Of a stretch of DNA of 23,067 bases, positions 7,682 through 17,400 are shown one piece after another. This stretch comes from Candidatus Heimdallarchaeota archaeon (GTDB lineage: Archaea; Asgardarchaeota; Heimdallarchaeia; Hodarchaeales; Hodarchaeaceae). The stretch spans positions 1 through 23,067 of the forward strand of contig DXJL01000175.1 of assembly GCA_019057635.1 (NCBI GenBank), read 5' to 3'. Made by a program: the position numbers and the translations under genes. Each line of letters begins with the position of its first letter. Position 1 is the stretch's first letter. The notes below the pieces were generated by a model. The model was given only the letters and a program-made list of their open reading frames with translations. It made no database searches and was not told the DNA's origin.

Positions 7682-8413
7682 TTAATCGACTTTGTCCATT
7701 AAATCTACTAATTCATTGGGCCTGTTTATATGATAGTCGCAAGACAGTTTCTCACACTTTAGGGAATTCAAAACATGGACTGTTTTAATCCCTAGTTCTT
7801 TAGCGAACTTTATTTGAGTCGCAGAGTCATCAACAATGACGGCATCCTCGGGAAGTATTTTCATATCACTTAAAATATTTTCATAATATACTTTACTTCC
7901 TTTTAAAGTATTAATGAGATCAGGTCCATATAATTTTGTGAAACATTCAATGACTCCCATTCCAGTAAGATAACCTTTCAATGACCATGATACTTCTCCA
8001 GACGCGGTACAGAGGGTATAACCTTGGTTTTCTAGGCGGATTATTGCATCAACAATTCCAGGAAAAGCAGATTTTACCCTCGGCGTAATCCATTTCTCTG
8101 CTTCTTGTCCTATTTTATACCGCTGATTGACAGAAGGCGGATTGATTTCGGCTATAGTAAACATTTCAGTAATCCATTGACTCATCTCTTCTTCCCAAAA
8201 TTTGTTAAAATCAATCAAAGGCGTATCTTCGATGATTTGTTCGTATCTATCCATTAACCTTGTAAAAGCGTATCTATTTGCCGTCTTCCAGATATTTATG
8301 GTACCACCATATCGAGGAGAAAAGTATTGAGCAATTAATTCTCTCCATTGGGGTGTTCGAAGATTATTATCATTCATTACACCACCATCATCGAGAAAAA
8401 TCACCTTCACCAT
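7682..8413 (-). CDS. HAD-superfamily hydrolase
   Basis: Motif I VIFLDDGGV, motif II CTASG, motif III Lys (LKGS), motif IV IVDDS. AGGAG RBS upstream. Confidence 0.88.
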   Translation of the reverse strand: MVKVIFLDDGGVMNDNNLRTPQWRELIAQYFSPRYGGTINIWKTANRYAFTRLMDRYEQIIEDTPLIDFNKFWEEEMSQWITEMFTIAEINPPSVNQRYKIGQEAEKWITPRVKSAFPGIVDAIIRLENQGYTLCTASGEVSWSLKGYLTGMGVIECFTKLYGPDLINTLKGSKVYYENILSDMKILPEDAVIVDDSATQIKFAKELGIKTVHVLNSLKCEKLSCDYHINRPNELVDLMDKVD

Positions 8414-8569
8414 AACATTTTACTCCTTTTAGGATTAATTTGAAGCATTCGCATTATTATTAGCTTATATCATCGTTAGAAAGTTTACATAAGTATTTTT
8501 ACATTTTGGCAAACGTAGTTATATTGATAATTCTTAAACCCAATGTTGAATTCTAAAGTGGTTATCATC

Positions 8570-9424
8570 ATGCAAATGCATCTCGATTGTATCCCATGTA
8601 TTCAAAAACAAGTTCTACAAACCGCACGATTAGCTACAGAGGATATCGCAGTTCAAAAACAAATTCTTCGGGAAACTCTCCAAGTTATCCAGAAGTCTGA
8701 TTGGAACACAAGAACAATCCTCCTTGCTTATGAAACTCAAGCGATAATCAGCCGAATTACAGGGAATAATGATCCTTATTCTGAGGTAAAAGTAAAGTAC
8801 AATAAAATGATCCTCGATCTCTATCCTGATCTACAAAAAGAAGTGGAAAATGCAAAAGATTCGCTTTTAACTGCATCAAAACTAGCAATTGCGGGTAACA
8901 TTATCGATTTTGGGGCTTTAAAACCATTTGACATAAAAAAAACACTCAATCGACTTTTGAAGACTCCATTAACAGTTGATCATAGCCATCTCTTACGAAA
9001 ACGTTTATCCAACGCGAAATCGCTCATATTTCTTGCTGATAATACAGGTGAGATTGTTTTTGATAAATTACTCCTAGAAACAATCCTTCAAGAATACAGT
9101 CTTGAACGAATACTGTTTGTTATTAAAAAGGAACCGATTCTGAATGATGCAATGCGATTGGACGCAGAGACCGTCGGAATTACTTCCATTCCACAAATCG
9201 AATTGTATGAAGTGGAACGGGATCGGCGTGATCCTAATTTTATTTCACTTCTTGAAAAGTTTGATGTAGTAATAAGTAAAGGTCAGGCAAATTTTGAAGA
9301 TTTACATGATATTGAATACATATTCTTCCTTTTAATCTTAAAATGTGAAGTAATTGCGAAAGAAACAGGCCTTCCTGAAGGAAGTACACTTCTAAGTACA
9401 GGATCCAAAGCCTCTAATCAATAG
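8570..9424 (+). CDS. DUF89/ARMT1-like damage-control phosphatase
   Basis: DCIPC, NDPY, AGNIIDFG, ADNTGEIVFD, ILNDA, ISKGQANFE and KC motifs. Start at ATG 8570 preferred over 8543. Confidence 0.92.
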   Translation: MQMHLDCIPCIQKQVLQTARLATEDIAVQKQILRETLQVIQKSDWNTRTILLAYETQAIISRITGNNDPYSEVKVKYNKMILDLYPDLQKEVENAKDSLLTASKLAIAGNIIDFGALKPFDIKKTLNRLLKTPLTVDHSHLLRKRLSNAKSLIFLADNTGEIVFDKLLLETILQEYSLERILFVIKKEPILNDAMRLDAETVGITSIPQIELYEVERDRRDPNFISLLEKFDVVISKGQANFEDLHDIEYIFFLLILKCEVIAKETGLPEGSTLLSTGSKASNQ

Positions 9425-10709
9425 GAGTAAGCTCAATTCTTGGGAGTTCAATGATAAACCGAGTTCCTTGAGTGTAATCATTTTTAACTCTATTTTCTAC
9501 TCTAATTTTACCTTCGAACTTCTCAATAATTGTCTTAACAATGAACAAACCCAACCCAGAACCTTGTGGTTTCTCCTCCGATCGTGCGCGAAAAAGCCTT
9601 TGAAATACCCGAGGTTTGAGCTCATCTGGAATTCCTTCCCCTTTATCTTCCACCTCAATTTTAATTACATCTGATACCGTTTCAGTAACGTTTATTCTAA
9701 TTTTTTTTACAGAATGGTTATCGGCTATTACTGCGTTTTGTAAAAGATTCATAAAACAATTATCGATGATTGTCGTCCCATTAACGAAAATATTATTACT
9801 AGAAATACTAACCCCTATGTCTAGATTATCTTCTGGGAACATAGAGTTAACTGATTTAATGGCTCTGTTGAGAACACCTCCAAGATCAATGGGAGTATAA
9901 TCTGCTTTACCAAGCCGCTTTAAACTAGATAACACTCTCACCTGATCGATAATTGTTTGAACTCGAGTAAGTGCCTGGATCGCTGTTTGTGTAAAAAATT
10001 CTCCATCCTGATTTTGTGGATCTAACATAGAATTAATTTCTTCCAGACAGCTCCAGATTACCATTGATTGACTAGAGATGTCATGGGTCAATAAATCCAC
10101 CATGAATTCTAACTCATCAAATGTTTCATTTACTCTTTCATCGGTAGCCTTTTGAATGATAACGATACCAAGCTCGGCGGTAATGGCATCAATAAACGAA
10201 ACTTCTTCCATAGAAAACGGTTTATTCCCAGTACGAGCTACTTGTATTACTCCATGTGGGATATTATGATATGATATTGGACTGGATAATAAATTAGTTA
10301 TACCTAAGTCTTTCACAACTTTCTGTGCCCTTTCAGATACTTGAAAAGTTGATATATCATTTATAACTATGGTTTTTTCTTCAAGGACTGTTTGGGCTGC
10401 AAGACCCTTTATGGTAGAATAATTCTTTTCGTGCGATTGTCCAGTTGAGGTAAACAACGCTTGTTGTTTGATGGTATTATGGAGGGGTAAAGTTCCTCCC
10501 ACCTCTGCTACAAGCACTACAGAATCCTTTTCTAATAAAAAAATCCCCCCAATCACGGCATCTATCTTCTCAGTAACTGTTTTTATGATATAATCCAACA
10601 TTGTTTGAAAATCATAGAGAACAAATGCTTTGGTGATCGAAATGATTGTTTCTAACCTCTGAATCTCAGATTTGGATTCGGATTTTTTTGTCAATAGACA
10701 CACCACCAT
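9414..10709 (-). CDS. Cytoplasmic GAF-domain sensor histidine kinase (possible TTG start at 10694)
   Basis: GAF domain (LLSSPI...GVIQV), H-box LLTHDIS, N-box NLLQNA, G1 DKGEGIP, F-box VFQRLF, G2 GSGLGL. No TM segments. Confidence 0.93.
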   Translation of the reverse strand: MVVCLLTKKSESKSEIQRLETIISITKAFVLYDFQTMLDYIIKTVTEKIDAVIGGIFLLEKDSVVLVAEVGGTLPLHNTIKQQALFTSTGQSHEKNYSTIKGLAAQTVLEEKTIVINDISTFQVSERAQKVVKDLGITNLLSSPISYHNIPHGVIQVARTGNKPFSMEEVSFIDAITAELGIVIIQKATDERVNETFDELEFMVDLLTHDISSQSMVIWSCLEEINSMLDPQNQDGEFFTQTAIQALTRVQTIIDQVRVLSSLKRLGKADYTPIDLGGVLNRAIKSVNSMFPEDNLDIGVSISSNNIFVNGTTIIDNCFMNLLQNAVIADNHSVKKIRINVTETVSDVIKIEVEDKGEGIPDELKPRVFQRLFRARSEEKPQGSGLGLFIVKTIIEKFEGKIRVENRVKNDYTQGTRFIIELPRIELTPID

Positions 10710-10781
10710 CGAATCTATTCTTATCTGTGGATTGTAGAATGCTTCATAAATTCTATGGCAGAGTATCTTCTAGCTAGGACG

Positions 10782-11693
10782 TTAGAATTCGTTCTTCGTC
10801 GACTGAGGCTGAATAATTGAGGAATAAGAACTGTTCTTATGAATCTCTGAAAGTATACCCTCAAGCAAAGGATCGAAGCCAACTCCTGTTATGGATTCAG
10901 TTTCGTAAATCAATCGAATAGGAACAAGTAATTTCCTAGAAAGATATCTTCTCACATTCTTGATGGAGCCAACATCAATTTTATTAGCAGCAATCACATA
11001 TGGCAAATCCCAAAAGTTACGAGTTTCCTCTAATAATTCTTTTGAGGCATTAATAGACCGAATATCAGACATATCTACGAAGAAAATATAACCATCTGAC
11101 TCTGTACTAAATTTCCACCAATGTTGTTGGAAAGCCATTCCAAGGTCGTAAAAACGTATATGTGGACTGTGTGTAGAACTTTCATGTGATACGATGTTAA
11201 CTAGTCTTGTTGGTTCATACGAATTAAAGCCTGCTAGTTGCTGTTCGATTATATGTTGTTGAATGAAAGTTGTCTTTCCCGAACGAGCGAGTCCTAATAA
11301 TGAAATACTTAGTGTCGTTGAGGAATCCACCAATCTAACAACAGAATCACAGATATCCTGAAAATCTTTTTGGAAAGAAGGCTGATGTTTTTCAAATAGT
11401 CTTGGCTTGTAGGATTTTCCTAATAATTCTAAAAAAGATTGAAGTTTTGAGAAAGAAGTATTTATACTGGCAACAGCAAGCAAAAGTACTTTTTGTGAAT
11501 TTAAATATGAAAAGGCAAGGAGCTTGTCTCCACAAACCCACCCTTGAACAGGTTGAGTATTATTATTCTGAATTAATAGTCTCCGAATGGCTGGTAAAGA
11601 AGCAGAAGTCTGACAATTATCAGGAGTGACAGAAATTGTAGAGATAATTTCTTCATTCGCATCATTAAACACCTTAACTGAAAGTAATGTCAT
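10782..11693 (-). CDS. Arf/Rag-like small GTPase fused to an N-terminal longin/roadblock-like domain
   Basis: G1 GLARSGKTT, G2 YEPT, degenerate G3 DLGM, IFFVD, G4 NKID, G5 ETES. The ~125-aa N-terminal alpha/beta extension is called longin-like from its pattern only. Confidence 0.8.
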   Translation of the reverse strand: MTLLSVKVFNDANEEIISTISVTPDNCQTSASLPAIRRLLIQNNNTQPVQGWVCGDKLLAFSYLNSQKVLLLAVASINTSFSKLQSFLELLGKSYKPRLFEKHQPSFQKDFQDICDSVVRLVDSSTTLSISLLGLARSGKTTFIQQHIIEQQLAGFNSYEPTRLVNIVSHESSTHSPHIRFYDLGMAFQQHWWKFSTESDGYIFFVDMSDIRSINASKELLEETRNFWDLPYVIAANKIDVGSIKNVRRYLSRKLLVPIRLIYETESITGVGFDPLLEGILSEIHKNSSYSSIIQPQSTKNEF

Positions 11694-11892
11694 CCGTCAG
11701 ACACCTAGAGAATTTATCCCAGTTATCGCCTTATTCAGGGAAATTCTACATGAAAAATAAAGGCTCAACTAATAATAAATAATTCTCGACAAAGTATCCG
11801 CAGGACATAATTTTTTGTCTTCATTCTGCTTAATTACTGCTAAAATCAACAAAGATGGAAACGATAAAATTTTAACAATTGATTTTGAATTT

Positions 11893-11918
11893 GAAAAGAA
11901 AAAAGGAAAGAAAAAAAG
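11893..11918 (-). terminator. Oligo-T tract, archaeal-type terminator after the acyl-CoA dehydrogenase gene
   Basis: Plus strand GAAAAGAAAAAAGGAAAGAAAAAAAG gives pyrimidine/U runs on the minus strand just after the stop at 11936. Confidence 0.5.
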
Positions 11919-11935
11919 GTAAAATGGGGGGAATC

Positions 11936-13207
11936 TTATGCCATTTTAACCATAGTATTAATTGTTCGGGAACCAATGAGGAGTTGAACGTTTCTGGTTC
12001 CACCCACAACCTCTGATATTTCGGAAAGTCCTTGATAAAGAGGCATTTTTGTCTGATCGGTGACACCAGTTCCGCCCATTGCATGCATAAGCTCATAACA
12101 TAACTCATGGTTCAAATATGAACAATATTCTTTCATATGTGACGCAGTAGCGACCAACGGATTCATAGTTGGAGGAATATCGGCCAATTCTTCCTTTTTA
12201 GCATCAAATGTCTCTGCTAGTTTTAATAATGCCATTGTAGCAACATTCAATCTAGCGTGATACTTTGCCATTACAGACATTCCTACTGCTTGATGCCGTA
12301 AAATTTTCTCGCCAAATTGTTTTCGTACGGTTGAATATATAGCCGCAAGTGTAAAAGCACCCCACATGTTCCCTACACACTGAGCTGCTATCCCAATACG
12401 TTCTGGTACTAAACCTTCAAAGAGGATATCATAACCAGCACCATTATCCCCTGTGATATAATCGGTTGGGATGTGTGCATCTTCAAATATGGTTTTTCCA
12501 ATATGAATTTTGCTAACAGAAGGAATGCCGATTCTTTCAGCTTTAAAGCCAGCATTCCAGTCTTTATGTGAAACTCCTTGAACCATAGTGCTTCTTGGAT
12601 CTTCTGGATTGTAAACGGCATAAACTACACATAGATCAGCTTTGGGACTATTGGTTGTATAGCATTTTTCTCCATTAAGTACGATTCCATCAGCAACTTT
12701 TTCTGCCTTCACTTTCATATTAACGGCATCAGATCCTTGTAATGGTTCAGTAATACCAATACATCCAATTTTCTTACCATCAAGTAAACCCTTTAAATCG
12801 TTCAATAGAGGTTCTCTACCTCCGTTATGGTGAGCAATAGGATTTATTGCAAGAACTGAAGCTCCGAGAGCGAAACTTAACTGGGGATTAAAAATATCCA
12901 ATGTCCATTGTCTTAAAATCTCAGGCTTTAGCCCAACTTCCAAATCATCACGATGGGGATATTCAAAGCTTCTGTTAATAAGCCCGTGGCTTCCAGCCCA
13001 AGGGAATAACTCATAAATATCCATCTTATTATGCCCAGGAGTTCCCCCAATCTCTTCTTCCTTTTCTAAACAGATATTCTGGATCTTCTCAATGAATTCT
13101 TTATCCTCATCCGATAATAACATCATTAAATTGGCATTAAATATTCCATACTGCCGACTCAAGCTCATCGCTGATAATACTTCATCTTCGAGTAATTGTG
13201 TTTTCAT
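11936..13207 (-). CDS. Acyl-CoA dehydrogenase family protein
   Basis: GCIGITEPLQGSDA, LNGEKCYTTN, ERIGIAA, RKQFG, MHAMGGTG and EVVGGTRNVQ. Confidence 0.95.
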   Translation of the reverse strand: MKTQLLEDEVLSAMSLSRQYGIFNANLMMLLSDEDKEFIEKIQNICLEKEEEIGGTPGHNKMDIYELFPWAGSHGLINRSFEYPHRDDLEVGLKPEILRQWTLDIFNPQLSFALGASVLAINPIAHHNGGREPLLNDLKGLLDGKKIGCIGITEPLQGSDAVNMKVKAEKVADGIVLNGEKCYTTNSPKADLCVVYAVYNPEDPRSTMVQGVSHKDWNAGFKAERIGIPSVSKIHIGKTIFEDAHIPTDYITGDNGAGYDILFEGLVPERIGIAAQCVGNMWGAFTLAAIYSTVRKQFGEKILRHQAVGMSVMAKYHARLNVATMALLKLAETFDAKKEELADIPPTMNPLVATASHMKEYCSYLNHELCYELMHAMGGTGVTDQTKMPLYQGLSEISEVVGGTRNVQLLIGSRTINTMVKMA

Positions 13208-13619
13208 TTCTCTTCACTTTCTTCAAACATAAATTCCATAGCTGTTGATCAATTCTCATCTTTAGCTATCTGATAATTGAGATTCTTTGAGTCAAAAACA
13301 CACTTATAAGAATTAAGTCCGATATTTTAATTACAATTCATCCTATAATTTGTTTAAAGGTTCCAATCGACCATTTGAAGTGAGTTCTCTCTTTTCCAAA
13401 CTTGAAGTCGCTTTTGGTTTTTAGTAGCATCAGTGTTTATATTAAACACGAATTCTAGTATTCAAACGTGACTAACATTGCCCCATTAATTGCGATTTTT
13501 GAAACTGAAGAAATCTTGATGTAATTCTTTTTCTGTTCTACAGAGCCAATGGATAATTGAAATCGTGGAAATTTCTTTCAAACTAACTGTTAATCAAATA
13601 TAAATGGATAATAAGGAAA

Positions 13620-13823
13620 ATGACATCTATTTGATACTTAACTTTTGTTTGCAAAGGATATAACGATCCCCAAATTGATGAGGATCTAGAAATAGCTTAT
13701 CAACTAGCAGAAGATCTAGCTAAATACCAGAGCAAGCTTGCTCCCCTACCTTCCTCTGAGTTTACATCTTTTCTTCAGCACCATGAAAAAATAACAACAT
13801 ACTTAGTTAAGTGTGGATCTTAA
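13620..13823 (+). pseudogene. Possible degraded small ORF with an in-frame TGA
   Basis: MTSI*YLTFVCKGYNDPQIDEDLEIAYQLAEDLAKYQSKLAPLPSSEFTSFLQHHEKITTYLVKCGS*. AAGGA upstream; protein-like composition after the TGA. Confidence 0.3.
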
Positions 13824-13890
13824 AGTAACAAAAAGGATGATAGTTTCTATTCTTTGGGAAAAGGAAAAGCAATTTCTTATTATAGGAATG

Positions 13891-13930
13891 GTAGAACAAT
13901 GCATGCGTGCACACGCATGCACTAATCTAC
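13891..13930. repeat. Perfect 10-bp inverted repeat with extended arms
   Basis: GTAGA-acaa-TGCATGCGTG-ca-CACGCATGCA-ctaa-TCTAC; core arms at 13900-13909 and 13912-13921. Confidence 0.85.
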
Positions 13931-14459
13931 GTATTAATTAGGAAACATGTTGAAAGGAACATCAGAACCATAAGTTCCATAATAGACCCAAATTTAGCTT
14001 GAAATAGTGACATGTGAGGAGTCCAATTCCTTATGGTGAATTAGATGATTAATAAGCCTCTTAGGTAAAAATTATGGAGCATGTTTTAATTAAAATTGTA
14101 AGCCTATCAATTTAACTAATTAAGTCGGCTCTATATCAGCTTTAGTAGAATTGATTTAACTAAAATCGGATCTACCCACTCATTTGGAAAGCTATTTAAA
14201 GGAGAGGATCGTGTAAAAAAGAAGATTTCAATGTATACAGTTATTTCAACTTGCATCAAGAAATACATTAACACCAATAAACTATCAACATTTGATTTAT
14301 ACTAATCGTAGACGTATAATTTTCTCCGATAATTCCACATTGGCTCTGAGGGTGCTGATATGGCACTGCTAATACTTATGATAAAAAGTCCACCTCTCTC
14401 AGTGTATTGATTTATGATTTAAATGGCTGGAGATAATCGGAAGAGAACAGAACTTGAGA

Positions 14460-17400
14460 ATGTTCCCACGAACCGTATCATGCTTAATATTGGCTGTTTT
14501 TATTATAAATATCAATCTACTTGCCATCCAAATACAGGATGATGAGTTTTCCGATTTGAAAGAAGAACTTCAAGTTATATCACGTTTAATGAATAATATT
14601 ACCATGCTTAATAAATTGAATGGTAATGTAGAGAACATTTGGAATAAGTATCCATCATTCCTTACAGGTGTAACCAATGATCCTAATGACAATTCAAAAG
14701 ACTTTCAGAATTTTTCAGTAAAATCTTCAGTTAAATTAGGAGGTAGCTGGGGAGATACATCGTACCGATATCGAAAAAATTTAACCATAAATTCAATGAA
14801 AGTTACTGCAGACTTACAAGATTTTCCAGTACTTATCGATCTATACGATAGCGATCTGCATTTAGATGTACGAGCAGATGGTGATGATATTCGATTTACG
14901 GATACAGCTGGTATGAAGCTCGATCACGAATTGGAATACTTCAATCAAACATATAATTCCACCCATGCTCATCTAATAGCTTGGGTCAGAATTCCCAGCT
15001 TATCGAGTACGATTAATACCATAATTTCGATGTATTACGGAAATGATAATATTGGAAGTCAGGAAAATCCCACTGGCGTCTGGGATTCTAATTATCTTAC
15101 AGTCTTGCACTTCAATGAAGCTATGATAGATGAAAGTTCAGGAGCAACTCATTATGACTCAACCATGAACAATATTCATGGCACTCAAAACGGGAATGAT
15201 GATTTTGCAGGTAAGATTTGTGATGGGCAAAATTTTGATGGAGCTAATGATAAAATAAACATCCCTCCAAATTCCTCTCTTAATCCAAGTACAGATGTGA
15301 CTATTTCGGGCTGGTTTAAGCTTAATAATGGTCATTTAAGCTCTTCCTCAACGTCGCTACTTCTGTTAGAAAAATTTACGTCAAATGATCAAGATATGGC
15401 AATCATCCTCACTGGGACAGATTATAACCAAGGAGAAGATGGTGCTCTTGTATTTAAGATTAAAAATGGTGATGTAATGTATAAGTGGACAGAAACAAGA
15501 ACGTGGTCAGCTAGCGTTTGGTATTACTTCACATGTGTACTAGATGCTAATAACTTGGCAAACAATAAGATTTACATCAACGGTTTAGACGATACAGACT
15601 CAACAGATTGGAGTTATGGTAATAACACAAATCTTAGTTGGAATGCTGATTGGAATATCGGAGGGGGGAATGTTGACACTGGGCAATTGGGAAATGGGGA
15701 AGCATGGTTTAATGGACTAATTGACGAGGTTCGAATTTCTAGTATTTCACGCTCCATCAGCTGGATCTTAACAGAGTACAATAACCAGTATGATTCTGAG
15801 AGTTTTTACTCTATTAGGAGTGAGGAAGAATATTTTGGAGGAAGTACAACTGGTTTCAGAACTTACCATGGTTCTTTTCAGTTTTTAAGTGGTACTGAAT
15901 CTATCCACGATATTGGAGGGACTGTTGACCCAAGCCAAGCCTTTCTGATAGTGTACTATTCAGGGAACACCTCTGCTAGTCATCCCCGTGAACATCAGGT
16001 CAGTGGTTATATTAGTTCACCAACTCAGATAAAATTTGATAGAGTTGTAGAAGATCCAAATGTATATGTTTCATGGTGGATTGTAGAGAGTCCTGAAATT
16101 TATGTTCAGCGAGGATCAATTAGTATTGAATCAGGTCAAATTAGTAATACGGTGTCAGTCTCTATGGTTGATCCTTCGAGATCACTTGTAATAGGACATA
16201 GTAGAGTAAATGATTCTTCTGCCACACAACAGGATACCAAAGATGGTTTTGTAACTGTGGAACTTAAGGATTCCACAACAGTGATAGCTGAAAGAGCTGG
16301 TTCTGCTACTGGAACAGATGCAATAATCAGATTTCAAATTATAGAGTGGCCATCAAAATACGCTATTTATAGTGGAGAAGTAGTAGTTACTTCTACAGCC
16401 CTGGTAACTGATTTAATTGCTACATCTGGGAATCCTAGTGATCCTGTGATTAATATGAGCTCTAGCTGGGTTTATTTCACGTATGACTGCACAGATAACG
16501 GACTCCAACAGACTTCTATATTCGGTCAGATAACTGACACGAATGAAGTCACCTTTGGACGGTATGACAACTCTTCTTTTGCAAACCGGATTCGTTGGTA
16601 TGTAGTCGAACATCCTCCAGAAAAAGGAGTAAATGTCCAGCGAGGGGCTTATAATTGGGATCCCCCAAATTCTGGAACGAATACTTTAACCAATGATATT
16701 CCTTATCAAGTTGATCCTGATCGAACTTTAATAATTCGAAGTTCATCGACGAGGGGTACTGGATTATCTTTTCCTCTCCAAAAAAACCTTCCGAGATTGA
16801 TTTCAGGGTCTCAATGGACGCGTACGCAATATCATGGAACGACAAATAACGATGATCAACATGAAGAATGTTGGCAAATCATCAGTTTACCCCCTCCAGA
16901 TAATATGCCTCCTGTTATCCATGATTTTGGTGTTGATGATCCTGGAAATGGATTCTCTCAATTTTGGGTAAATGTCTCTGATAGCAAGTCCAATGTTGAG
17001 ATGGTTGTACTTAGCTTAAATGAGACATTAAACAATATGACATTGAATGAAACTGGTCTTTGGATTTATCAACCTTCATCGATTAATTTTAACGACTTCT
17101 TTAGTTATCAGATTTATAACACAACTGATTCTTCAGGTAATTACTTGACTGAGGGGTCAACTGTAAAAAACATAACCTTTAATTACGATACAGTTTTCCC
17201 AAATGTACTAGATTGGGAATATTATAGCTATATCGGTTCTTTTGGCACCTTTTATGCCAACGTGACCGATTCCTGGGGAGAAATAGACTCCGTACTTGTC
17301 AATGTAACACAGTGCGCTGGAATAGCACGTAACGACTTGACAGCTACGATGAGACCTACAATTTCGGGGTATATTAACGACACTCTCCAAATGAATACAG

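Noticed and set aside
13249-13280. Imperfect inverted repeat TCAATTCTCA/TGATAATTGA upstream of the acyl-CoA dehydrogenase gene
   Set aside because: Could be an operator, but it is AT-rich and single-copy, so it cannot be told apart from chance here.
13620-13900. Selenoprotein (in-frame TGA plus SECIS)
   Set aside because: No redox motif around the TGA and no convincing SECIS stem downstream.
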